From Candidatus Omnitrophota bacterium (lineage in GTDB: Bacteria; Omnitrophota; Gorgyraeia; B26-G9), in assembly GCA_043805415.1 (NCBI GenBank), contig JAZDHZ010000045.1:26490-90489 (forward strand): a stretch of DNA of 64,000 nucleotides, written 5' to 3'. The position numbers and the translations under genes were made by a program. Below are positions 1-8,934 of the stretch, in pieces. The first letter of the stretch is position 1, and every line of letters begins with the position of its first letter. The notes beneath the pieces are model-generated. The model saw nothing but the letters and a program-made list of their open reading frames with translations, searched no databases and had not been told where the DNA came from.

Positions 1-879
1 ATCAATCAGTTAAAAGCAAAAGCCGCTAAACCTTTTATTGTAGAAACAAATGTGCTTTATCAAGGCAAAAGAGTTAATGCCGTGGACCATCTTATGCTTG
101 GGGCTGAACATGGTTTTGATCTAGTTTCTTTAGGCGTTCCAGTGATTATCGCCGATGGGCTTTGGGGAGAAAATAACATGGATGTGCAGATAAATAAAAA
201 GCATTTTCAAGCGGTTAATATCGCAAAGCCGGTTATGTATTTTGATTCGATTATAAGCATTGCGCATGTAACCGGCCATTTACTCACTGGTTTTGCCGCG
301 TCAATTAAAAATATGGGTATGGGGCTTGCCTCACGCACAGGGAAATTAAGACAGCATTCAAATATTAAACCAAAAATAATCGCGGATAAATGTACTTTTT
401 GTAAGCGTTGTATCAAACAGTGCGCTGTTGCGGCGATCATTGAACAGCAGGCAAAGGCATTTATTAATTCCGATATTTGTATTGGTTGCGGAGAATGCAT
501 TGCTGCGTGCAAATTCGCGGCTATTGCCGATAGCTATGGTGAAGATGCTAAAATTCTAAGCGAAAAAATGGTTGAGTACGCATACGGGGTATTGCTCAAT
601 ATAAAGCAAAAGGTATTTTTTAATTTTGCGATACATATTACCAAAAACTGTGATTGCATGGCAAAGGATGAGCCCGCAATAGTAAATGATATTGGTATAT
701 TTGCTTCAACGGATCCTGTTGCTTGCGATAAAGCTGCAGCGGATATGATTGTGCAAAGTGCTGGTGGAGATGTATTTAAGAAAGTATTTCCAACAGCTGA
801 TTGTTACGTGAATCAGCTAATTTATGCTCAGGAAATCGGATTGGGAAACATGAACTATGATTTGGTGCGTATTAAATGA
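1..879 (+). CDS. DUF362 domain Fe-S protein with 2x[4Fe-4S] ferredoxin insert (5'-partial)
   Basis: Frame is open from base 1 (INQLKAKAAKPFIVETNVLY). Motifs CTFCKRCIKQC and CIGCGECIAAC, KNMGMGLAS, CDC and DPVACD. Confidence 0.85.
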   Translation: MNQLKAKAAKPFIVETNVLYQGKRVNAVDHLMLGAEHGFDLVSLGVPVIIADGLWGENNMDVQINKKHFQAVNIAKPVMYFDSIISIAHVTGHLLTGFAASIKNMGMGLASRTGKLRQHSNIKPKIIADKCTFCKRCIKQCAVAAIIEQQAKAFINSDICIGCGECIAACKFAAIADSYGEDAKILSEKMVEYAYGVLLNIKQKVFFNFAIHITKNCDCMAKDEPAIVNDIGIFASTDPVACDKAAADMIVQSAGGDVFKKVFPTADCYVNQLIYAQEIGLGNMNYDLVRIK

Positions 880-1628
880 ATAAAATTGAAGAAAATAAAT
901 TCAGTAAATTGTTTGGAATAAAATATCAAGAAGTGGGAGATTTTGTAGTTATTAGTCCTTTTTTCAACGCGAAATTATTTGCTGTACAACTTAAGGATGT
1001 AAAATTTTTTAAAGGAATGATATTCCATGGTTTAAATGGAACATACAAAGATAAAAAGATTACATTTATTCATACTGGTATGGGGCAATCATTAGTTGCG
1101 GACTGTGTTATGGCTCAAGATAATCAAAAAGTAAAAACCATAGTTTTTCTAGGAGCGGTAGGCGCGGTTAGAGATTTAGACATAGCTGATAATCTGGTTA
1201 TTGAAAAAGCATTTTTTGATACAGAATATTATAATAAATTCGGCATTAAATTAGGTGAAAGCACAACAAAAGAATTTTTTCCCGATAATGAACTTGTGGA
1301 ACGCTGCCTAATTATGGCTAAAGCCCAATATTTTGTGCTGAAAAAAGCTAATGCAATCAGTATTCATACTTTTCTTGATCAAGGTCCTGAAATCGCTAAA
1401 AAATTATCTCTTTTAGGGATTCAATCAGTTGATTTGGAATGCGCGCTATTTTATGCTGCAGCAAGCAGGATGAAAATAAAGGCAATAGCTTTTTGTTTTG
1501 TAAGTGACAATCTTCTCAGTAAGCCTTTTTGGGGCGACTTTTCTTTACTGGATCAAGTAAATATTAAAAACCAAATGCCTAAACTTGTTAAATTTTCCCT
1601 AGAATTTGCAAAAGATGTCCTACCATAG
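876..1628 (+). CDS. Nucleoside phosphorylase (PNP/UDP) family protein
   Basis: TGMG, LGAVGA, VDLECA and VSDNL motifs; 4-nt overlap with the upstream gene. Confidence 0.7.
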   Translation: MNKIEENKFSKLFGIKYQEVGDFVVISPFFNAKLFAVQLKDVKFFKGMIFHGLNGTYKDKKITFIHTGMGQSLVADCVMAQDNQKVKTIVFLGAVGAVRDLDIADNLVIEKAFFDTEYYNKFGIKLGESTTKEFFPDNELVERCLIMAKAQYFVLKKANAISIHTFLDQGPEIAKKLSLLGIQSVDLECALFYAAASRMKIKAIAFCFVSDNLLSKPFWGDFSLLDQVNIKNQMPKLVKFSLEFAKDVLP

Positions 1629-1648
1629 AGCAGAATTTATAATCTATA

Positions 1649-1670
1649 CAGATACAATATATTGTATCTG
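1649..1670. promoter_or_regulatory. Perfect 22-bp palindrome with an NrdR-box-like core
   Basis: CAGATACAATATATTGTATCTG; a related site ATCCTATATATTGTAG lies at 1728-1743. Confidence 0.4.
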
Positions 1671-1803
1671 AAAGTATGCTCAGCTACAATAAATCACGAC
1701 ATATTTTCTGTTTAAAATATATTAACTATCCTATATATTGTAGCTATCTCCTAAGCAATCTGCTAAATGTTGTATAAAATGCTTTAAAAAAGTCAATTTT
1801 TGC

Positions 1804-1832
1804 TTGACTTTTTTGCTAATAAACGACATAAT
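1804..1832 (+). promoter_or_regulatory. Candidate sigma70 promoter
   Basis: TTGACT-17 bp-CATAAT. Confidence 0.45.
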
Positions 1833-2068
1833 TATACTAAGATTAAAAAGTTTAGCTAAAAGGCGGGAATTACAATAGGTTAACCTTAGTAATTAACTAG
1901 AGCCGGGGGAGTAGGGGCTATAATTATAAACACCCGAATTTCTGCTGTAAAAGCTAGGTATTCCGGTTTTAATGCTAAGATTTTTATGTGTTTGATTTTT
2001 AAAATCTGAAAATAAAACAGATTGTTAGGTTTAATGCGAAAACAATTAAATTGTCAAGTTTTTTTAAC

Positions 2069-2113
2069 AAAACCGAGATGGTTTCTTTGAGAGAAACTGT
2101 GTTCGGTTTTTTT
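2069..2113 (+). terminator. Intrinsic terminator-like hairpin upstream of the coiled-coil gene
   Basis: AAAACCGA...GTTTCT / AGAAAC...TCGGTTTT stem ending in a T run. Confidence 0.5.
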
Positions 2114-2153
2114 GCTAGAAAATTATAATTTAATTCAAAACGGAAAGATAAAT

Positions 2154-5100
2154 ATGCCAAACCAAATAACTGCCGAAATAAAAAGCTTAGGAAAAAAAAT
2201 AGTAATTACATTTCTAGTGGCGATTATTAATATTATGTTTTTATGCTCTTATGTATATGCGCAGACTGCTGATTCCGTGACTTCACAGAAAAAACAGGAT
2301 TCTTATTACTTTAAAAAGATACTGGATAATGAAATAGCATTTCTTAAGAAAAAAATAAAGCAGCAAGAAGCAGAACATGCGATTGCTTTACAGAATCAAA
2401 GGGATCTTTATGATAAGCTTTTAAAACAACAGGAAGATCAAAAAACAACACAAATAGATAGTAATCAGCAGCAACAAATAGAACAGCTTAATCAGCAGCT
2501 AATTAAAGCTCAGAAACAATCGTTAGAAGATGAAAAACAAATACAACTGCAAAAGCAGGAAAACGATGTTTTGCTTAAAAAACAGAGTGAGCGTGATAGT
2601 CAAAGCAAAGAAACTAGTAAGGCTCAAAGCGTAGAGCTCTTACAGCTAAAAGAGCAACTGGCTGAGGCTCAAGGCCAAATACAGTCATATATCCAACAGT
2701 TAGAACAACAAAATCAAATAAAAGATAACTTCTTAAAAGATCAGTCGGGGTTGAATCAAGAAAAGATAAAAATTGATGAAAATCAAAGAAAAGAAATTGC
2801 TCAATTAAAAGAGGAGTTGTCTAAAATTCAAAGGCAAAATGAAACCGATAGCAATGACTTGATTGAACTTAAAAAAACAAACGCAGGTTTACGGGATATC
2901 CAGAATCAAATCAAAAGGGAAAAAGAAAAAACATATCAGGATGCGCAGGTTTCTATAGAAGAACTCAGAGCCAAACTAAAGATATCTGAGCAGCAACGCG
3001 ATGAAGAGAGTAAAGATTACGAACAAGCGTTAATTCAAAAAGAGCTCGAGCATGGCATAAAACTTAAAACTCTATCTGATCAATTTGAAAAAGTCGTAAA
3101 TGTGGCAAAGAAAATAAAGACCACAGCAGATATGCCTAGCGGGAACAATCAGATGCAAGGGCTTAAAGAGCAAGTGAAATTGCTTAATGAAAAGCTGGAA
3201 ATGCAAGAAAAAGCGCAAGCAGAGCTTCTTGCCGCAAAAGAAAAACAATACAATGAACAGCTTCAAAAAATAGGGGAAGGTAAAGTAAAAGAGAGTTTTA
3301 ATCGCGAACAGGAAATTGGTGATATTAAAAACGCCGTTTCTCAGCGGGACAGCCAAATTATGGCACTCATGCAACAGGTGAAAGATTTAACGGAAAAGCA
3401 TGAAAAACAGCAAGCTATTTTCGATCAAATCCTTGCGCGTAAAGACAAGGAGCTTAAAGAACAATTAGATAAGCTTGCGCAGCAGGGCAAAGAAGAATCT
3501 TTAAAAGCGGAAGACGCTTTTGAAAGTAAGCTGATTGATAAATATAAGCAACTCGATAGAGTGATGCGCGAAAAAGAAGAAATGCAAACTAAAATATTAG
3601 CAGATAAAGATGAAGAGGTTAAAGAAATTAAAGCTCAAGCTTTAGAACGTGAAAAAACGTTAAGACAGTTCAACGCAACGAAAGAGATGGAATTTAATAG
3701 AGAAATTGAAAAGCAAAAAGATGAAGCAGAACAACAAATAAAAGCACTGAAAAAATCTTTAGAGCAATTAAAAATTTATCAGATCAAGTTAAAAGAAGAA
3801 TTAAAAACACAGGAAATAGTGCTTAAAGAGAAAGATAATAGGCTTACTAATTTAAATAAAAAGTTATCGCTTTATTCAGGAGAAGAAATAGCAAGTCAGC
3901 AAAAAATCACTCAGGTCTTGCAAGATGATTTGAGTAATACGCAGCTAGAAAATCAGCGTTTGTCAAAAGAAGTGCAACAGTTAAGCCAAGAACTTAAAGC
4001 ACAGCAAGCTGTGTTTGAGCAGGAATTATCTCTTAAAAAGGCAACAATTGAAGAATATAAGAAGAGTTTTGCTTCTCAGCAGGATGTAACAGATCAAAGT
4101 CTAGCCAAAAGGCAGCAGACGATCAAAGATTTTGAACAACAAATTGCTGATCAAAAAAAAGAGATTGAATCTTATCAGAAAAAAGGAGCAGATTCTGTTC
4201 GGGATTTAAATAGTGAAATAAAACAACTAAAAAAAGAACACGAAGAATTAATTGTTAAAAAAACCCAAGCTATTAATGACCTTGAGAATGCACTTGCTCA
4301 GCAGAAAAAGAATTTTGGAGATGATTTAGTAGGTCAGAAAAAAACAATGGAAATTCTTGAAGCGGATTTAACAGAGCAAAAGATGGTATTTACTGCTGAT
4401 CTAGAAAAAAGTAGAAAAGTGATTCAAGACTTAGAGCAGAAAAATATGCTATTAGAATCGCAGCATAGCGAAGCTTTAGCAAAAAAAGACGAGACGATCG
4501 AAAGGCTTAATCAGCAAATCCAAGAACAAAAAAATATTGCGACCCAAAACCTAGACTCTAAAGGGGGGGCCATAGAGGAAGCAAAAAATCAGCTCCAGGA
4601 CCAGAAAACTAAATATGAGGATTTACTTGCTAAAGAGAAAAAGCAAAGCGCAGATCTGAATAAAAGCTTATTGGATCAAAAGGCTATCTTTGAGAATCGC
4701 TTGGCTAAACAGAAAAAAAGCATGGTAGATCTGGAAAATAAATACGAAGAGAAACTGATTAATAATTCTGAAGAATGGGAAAAGAAAATAAAGCTGTTAG
4801 AAGCTAAATATATAACCAATCTTCATGAGGAAGAAGACAGTAAGTTAAAAGCAGAACAAGAATACAAGAAGCGCTTAGAAGAAGTCTCGGTCAAACTTAA
4901 AGATAAAGTTATTGAAGACAGTGAACTTAAAACAAAGATGGATGATTTTCGTCAAAACCAAGTAGAATTGCTTGAAGAAATGCTTATGAGTAAAGCTACG
5001 ATGATGCAGAATTTAACGTTAGATTTTAAAGGAAAAGAAAAAGAACGCGCGCAGATTTATTTTCAAAGAGCAATGACTGCTATTTTAAAGAAAAATTATG

Positions 5101-5207
5101 CGCGTGCAAAATATGAGTTAGAACAAGTATTAACGATTGAACCAGAAGATCAAATAACGGTTGACATTTTAGGGAGTCTTGAGTTTTTGCTTGAGAGGAC
5201 GCAATAG
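2154..5207 (+). CDS. Large exported coiled-coil protein with C-terminal TPR
   Basis: ATG at 2154 preferred to TTG at 2112. Hydrophobic stretch ending VYA|Q; about 930 aa of E/K/Q/L-rich helical sequence; final TPR (AQIYFQRAM...LEQVLTIEPED). Confidence 0.8.
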   Translation: MPNQITAEIKSLGKKIVITFLVAIINIMFLCSYVYAQTADSVTSQKKQDSYYFKKILDNEIAFLKKKIKQQEAEHAIALQNQRDLYDKLLKQQEDQKTTQIDSNQQQQIEQLNQQLIKAQKQSLEDEKQIQLQKQENDVLLKKQSERDSQSKETSKAQSVELLQLKEQLAEAQGQIQSYIQQLEQQNQIKDNFLKDQSGLNQEKIKIDENQRKEIAQLKEELSKIQRQNETDSNDLIELKKTNAGLRDIQNQIKREKEKTYQDAQVSIEELRAKLKISEQQRDEESKDYEQALIQKELEHGIKLKTLSDQFEKVVNVAKKIKTTADMPSGNNQMQGLKEQVKLLNEKLEMQEKAQAELLAAKEKQYNEQLQKIGEGKVKESFNREQEIGDIKNAVSQRDSQIMALMQQVKDLTEKHEKQQAIFDQILARKDKELKEQLDKLAQQGKEESLKAEDAFESKLIDKYKQLDRVMREKEEMQTKILADKDEEVKEIKAQALEREKTLRQFNATKEMEFNREIEKQKDEAEQQIKALKKSLEQLKIYQIKLKEELKTQEIVLKEKDNRLTNLNKKLSLYSGEEIASQQKITQVLQDDLSNTQLENQRLSKEVQQLSQELKAQQAVFEQELSLKKATIEEYKKSFASQQDVTDQSLAKRQQTIKDFEQQIADQKKEIESYQKKGADSVRDLNSEIKQLKKEHEELIVKKTQAINDLENALAQQKKNFGDDLVGQKKTMEILEADLTEQKMVFTADLEKSRKVIQDLEQKNMLLESQHSEALAKKDETIERLNQQIQEQKNIATQNLDSKGGAIEEAKNQLQDQKTKYEDLLAKEKKQSADLNKSLLDQKAIFENRLAKQKKSMVDLENKYEEKLINNSEEWEKKIKLLEAKYITNLHEEEDSKLKAEQEYKKRLEEVSVKLKDKVIEDSELKTKMDDFRQNQVELLEEMLMSKATMMQNLTLDFKGKEKERAQIYFQRAMTAILKKNYARAKYELEQVLTIEPEDQITVDILGSLEFLLERTQ
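4014..4763 (+). repeat. Ten consecutive degenerate 25-aa (75-nt) coiled-coil repeats
   Basis: Units begin FEQEL, TDQSL, IESYQ, HEELI, FGDDL, FTADL, HSEAL, ATQNL, YEDLL, FENRL at exact 25-residue spacing. Confidence 0.75.
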
Positions 5208-5249
5208 GGCGAGTATTTTAATTCGTTTTTAGAGAGGAGGAAGGTATTT

Positions 5250-5726
5250 ATGAAAACTTCAGTAGCGCAAGTAGAAAGGTCTGCAAGAGACCAGGCAACA
5301 TCAATGTTTTTTCCCGAAGGGATAATTGGCTTTAGTGAGCACAAAGAGTTTAGTATTATTGATAATAAATCAAAAGAACCTTTTGTTTGGATGGAGTCAG
5401 CGCAGGATAATAACCTGTCATTTATAATAATTAATCCCAAAGAATTTAAGCAAGGATATGAGCCGATCCTAAGCGCAGCCGATAAAACGGCTTTAAAAAT
5501 TAATGATTTATCGGAATGTTTAATTTATGCTCTTGTGTGTGTTCCTAAAGATTCAGATGAAATCAGCGCTAATTTGCTTGCGCCCATTATTATAAACAAA
5601 AATAGTAATATTGGAAGGCAGGTAATTTTACACGATCAGGATTATTCAGTGCAACATTTAATTTTAGAAGAGATGCTAAGAAAGATAGAGGATACGGATG
5701 TTAGTTCTTTCGCGCAAGCCAAATGA
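5250..5726 (+). CDS. fliW: Flagellar assembly factor FliW (CsrA antagonist)
   Basis: [26 protein letters not shown] and GRQVIL; overlaps csrA. Confidence 0.92.
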   Translation: MKTSVAQVERSARDQATSMFFPEGIIGFSEHKEFSIIDNKSKEPFVWMESAQDNNLSFIIINPKEFKQGYEPILSAADKTALKINDLSECLIYALVCVPKDSDEISANLLAPIIINKNSNIGRQVILHDQDYSVQHLILEEMLRKIEDTDVSSFAQAK

Positions 5727-5946
5727 AAGTATAATCATTGGAGATAATATAGAAATCAAGGTCGTTGAAGTTCGAGGAGAGCAGGTAAAACTGGGAATAA
5801 CTGCACCTCGAGAGGTTCCTGTACACAGGAAAGAGATTTATAATTCTATCCATGACCAAAATATTAATTCATCCAAAAATAAACATGCAAATTTGGACAA
5901 ACTTTCGCAGTTATTTAAAAAGAAAAGAGAACCATCATCAGAGTAA
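5698..5946 (+). CDS. csrA: Carbon storage regulator CsrA
   Basis: [15 protein letters not shown]...[17 protein letters not shown], with the C-terminal extension typical of FliW-regulated CsrA. Confidence 0.96.
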   Translation: MLVLSRKPNESIIIGDNIEIKVVEVRGEQVKLGITAPREVPVHRKEIYNSIHDQNINSSKNKHANLDKLSQLFKKKREPSSE

Positions 5947-6086
5947 GCGAATGTTTGTATTATTACAAACAAAGTTTATCGTTTTTTGATTTCTTTTTAT
6001 AGTTTCAATGGGCAAACAAATAGATAAAAAATTATTCCTAGATGATTTATAAAAGATTAACATGCGTAGATTTAAGCAGAACAGGT

Positions 6087-6308
6087 TTAGTTTAAATGAA
6101 TTCGAGCTATTTTTGTTTTTATAATTTTACGCTGTATATTATTAAACAAAAAAGAAGCACGTTTTATGTCTGCATCACTTACATGCGCAGCAATTGAATT
6201 TTCAAAAATAACCACCTTTAGAGCAGTAGCATGGCTTTTCTTAACACCACTCTTATGAAGCTTTTTTTTGTAGTTTTTATGGTAAGGTTGGGAATTGCTA
6301 TTAGGCAT
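6087..6308 (-). CDS. Small basic hypothetical protein (73 aa)
   Basis: Strong SD AAGGAGGT upstream of the ATG and its own promoter; Lys-rich. Confidence 0.55.
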   Translation of the reverse strand: MPNSNSQPYHKNYKKKLHKSGVKKSHATALKVVIFENSIAAHVSDADIKRASFLFNNIQRKIIKTKIARIHLN

Positions 6309-6314
6309 CTGGTT

Positions 6315-6350
6315 ATTTACCTCCTTGTAAATGTAGGATGACTCCGTTCA
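6315..6350 (-). promoter_or_regulatory. Two CsrA-type ANGGAG hairpin loops, one on the SD
   Basis: Minus strand reads TGA-ACGGAG-TCA and ATTTAC-AAGGAG-GTAAAT. Confidence 0.55.
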
Positions 6351-6358
6351 ACAAAATA

Positions 6359-6387
6359 AGTTTAACACGCCTGTCTTTTTTTGTCAA
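6359..6387 (-). promoter_or_regulatory. Sigma70 promoter of the small gene
   Basis: TTGACA-17 bp-TAAACT with an extended -10 TG. Confidence 0.65.
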
Positions 6388-6590
6388 GTCTTTTATTTGT
6401 AGATAGTAATGAGTTTGGAAACAAATTTTTATGGTTTTACACTAAAAGAATAATTCTAATAGTTTAATATTTTAGGATGCTAATCGCTTAATTAGGATCA
6501 ATCAAATTAGTTATCTTCCAGGATTGTGTGGTAATAAGTAAGTTATTTAGAATAAGTTACATCAAGGAATGCTTTCTGGATTATGTTTTC

Positions 6591-6619
6591 TTGGATAAAT
6601 CAGGATAATTTAGTATAAT
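6591..6619 (+). promoter_or_regulatory. Candidate sigma70 promoter of the SecY paralog
   Basis: TTGGAT-17 bp-TATAAT. Confidence 0.5.
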
Positions 6620-6716
6620 AATTTTAATAAAAGCACGATAAGGGATAGCAGGCGCGTTCTTATTTGAAGACTTTACTAAAAATCGGAAGATGTTTGTAAA
6701 CCAGCGGGGGGCAGTA

Positions 6717-8162
6717 ATGGCTAAACCTAATAAGAATCAATCCAGTAGTTACGTAATTTTCAAAAGAGTGCTGGTTAGTTTTGCAGCGATAATTTTTTTG
6801 AGATTGATTTACTTTATCCCGTTGCCTGGAGTCAGGCTGGATGCTTTGATTGACTTTTATCAGCATCATATTGTTGCTCAAGGGGGAGGATTTTTCGATT
6901 TAATGGCTTTGCTGCATTTTGGTAAATTGAGAAATCTTTCTTTGTTTACGTTAGGAATCATGCCGTTTATTAATGCCTGCATTCTTGTTCAAATAATAGG
7001 GTTTCTTGTCCCCGGTCTAAATAAAAAATTTTTCCAAGTTAAAGATACTTCAGAAATAACTATGTTTGTTACAATTGTTGCGGCAATTTTTTTAAGCGCC
7101 TTTCACGCCTATTTTATAGCTCAGGATATTGAATTGCTGAATAGTTTTCCCGGCTTTAATATAATTAGTTTTGAAGGATTTTTGTTTCAAATCACTACGA
7201 TTTTGTCAATTATTGGCGCGGTGATTATTTTTATAATATTAGCTGAAGTAATAAATAGGTTTGGAATAGGCAATGGTGTCGCAGTAATTTTTGCTTCTGA
7301 GATATTAATCCGATTTGTTTTTGCCTTAGACCAAGTATCTATTTTTTACGGAAGAAAATTAATTGACCTGGCACAACTCATGTTATTTGGGTTTGTATGT
7401 TTTTTGTTTATATGTTTTGCTCGATATGTTACTTTATTCTGTCAGAAAATTGAGTTTTGCACATCTGATGATGAAAAATTCATTATTAAGATTAGGCCGA
7501 TTTGGATTAGTGTTTGGCCGCTTATTATTACGCAAGCTATTCTATCTTTTTTTGAAATTTCTTTGAATCTATTCTCATTTTTAGCTATTTTGTTTATATG
7601 CGCTTTTGTTAGTTTTTTGTACGCAAAAGTTATTTATCAACCAAGGCGTTTTTATGAGGTGCTTTTGGCGCGGAAATGTAAGGCGCATAAAAGTCAGAAA
7701 AAAATGATTGAGGATAGTTTGAATCACGCGATGATTTACAGCGTTTGTTTAAGCCTGTTACTATTTATGGTAATGTATTATTTACCTATAATTTTACCTT
7801 TTGGACTTAAAATTTCTTTTTTAAGCTCAGGAATGTTCGGGGCATTTGGAGTAATTATTCTGGTTGGATTGTTTTATAATATTAGTGACCAAATAAAATT
7901 TTTCAAGAGGATCTATAGCTTTCCCGAGACAGACTGGCAACTCCTAACTATTTCTTATGATGAGGTCCACGCTGAGGTGGAAAAAGCATGTTTGCGTAGT
8001 CATGGGATCATGGCTGAGATTAAGCCTTCGCATTTTAACTGGGGGCTGCCGATTCAAACAGTTGCTTCCGGGTATTCAATATATGTTTCTAATCAAGACA
8101 AATCAAAGGCTTTATCAATAATCAAAAGACTAAAAACAGATTGGCAAGCAAAGGCTATTTAG
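6717..8162 (+). CDS. Divergent SecY paralog fused to a C-terminal DUF2007-like domain
   Basis: IPLPGV, SLFTLGIMPFINACILVQII and LAEVINRFGIGNG match SecY signatures; about 10 TM segments; soluble tail AEVEKACLRSHGI...IYVSNQDKSKA. Start at ATG 6717 or 6690. Confidence 0.8.
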   Translation: MAKPNKNQSSSYVIFKRVLVSFAAIIFLRLIYFIPLPGVRLDALIDFYQHHIVAQGGGFFDLMALLHFGKLRNLSLFTLGIMPFINACILVQIIGFLVPGLNKKFFQVKDTSEITMFVTIVAAIFLSAFHAYFIAQDIELLNSFPGFNIISFEGFLFQITTILSIIGAVIIFIILAEVINRFGIGNGVAVIFASEILIRFVFALDQVSIFYGRKLIDLAQLMLFGFVCFLFICFARYVTLFCQKIEFCTSDDEKFIIKIRPIWISVWPLIITQAILSFFEISLNLFSFLAILFICAFVSFLYAKVIYQPRRFYEVLLARKCKAHKSQKKMIEDSLNHAMIYSVCLSLLLFMVMYYLPIILPFGLKISFLSSGMFGAFGVIILVGLFYNISDQIKFFKRIYSFPETDWQLLTISYDEVHAEVEKACLRSHGIMAEIKPSHFNWGLPIQTVASGYSIYVSNQDKSKALSIIKRLKTDWQAKAI

Positions 8163-8895
8163 TTTTTGGTTTAAGTGTTTCTATTACGCGTTTTAAGTCT
8201 TCTTCTGTATCGACGCTTATGGTACTATGTTTTGTCTCAATCACCTTAATTTGATAGCCATGTTCTAAGGCGCGGAGTTGTTCGAGCGATTCTGCCTCTT
8301 CAAGTTTGGAAGTTTTTAATCCTTTGAAGGTTAGTAAAAAGTCTTTAGTGTATGCATAAATTCCTAAGTGTTTATAAAAGTCTGGGACGTTTTTACTATT
8401 TTTTCGTAATATATTAGGAATTGGAGAACGAGAGAAATAAAGAGCAAAATTGTCTTTTGTTGTGACAACCTTAACAACATTAGGATTAGTATAGTCTTCA
8501 GCATCTGTTATCCGATGCTTAAGTGTGGACATTACTAGATTTTTATTTTCAAGCAGAGCATAAACAACATCATTTATCATTGAAGGTTGAATCAAGGGTT
8601 CATCTCCTTGGATGTTGACAACTATTTTAACATCCAGATCAAATACTACCTCGGTTAAGCGTTCAGTTCCAGAGGAGTGTTCTTTGGATGTTAATACAAC
8701 TTTGCCTCCAAATTTATCAACAGCTTCTTTGATTCTAACATCGTCAGTAGCTATAATAACATCATCCAATACGGAAGCTTCTTTAGCTCTTTCATAGATA
8801 TGCTGGATCATTGGCTTTCCCCATATATCAGCTAAAGCTTTAGCGTGAAGGCGGGTTGAGCCGTATCGTGCTGGTATTACACCGATAACTTCCAT
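8155..8895 (-). CDS. kdsB: 3-deoxy-manno-octulosonate cytidylyltransferase
   Basis: IPARYGSTRL, NIQGDEP, ALYFSRSPIP and LEQLRAL. Confidence 0.96.
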   Translation of the reverse strand: MEVIGVIPARYGSTRLHAKALADIWGKPMIQHIYERAKEASVLDDVIIATDDVRIKEAVDKFGGKVVLTSKEHSSGTERLTEVVFDLDVKIVVNIQGDEPLIQPSMINDVVYALLENKNLVMSTLKHRITDAEDYTNPNVVKVVTTKDNFALYFSRSPIPNILRKNSKNVPDFYKHLGIYAYTKDFLLTFKGLKTSKLEEAESLEQLRALEHGYQIKVIETKHSTISVDTEEDLKRVIETLKPKTK

Positions 8896-8934
8896 AATCT
8901 TTTCCTTTAAAATGGTTAGAATCCTTAAATTGAG

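Noticed and set aside
1895-2030. Stop-free ~45-codon stretch on the minus strand of the large intergenic region
   Set aside because: No plausible start codon with an RBS near its 5' end.
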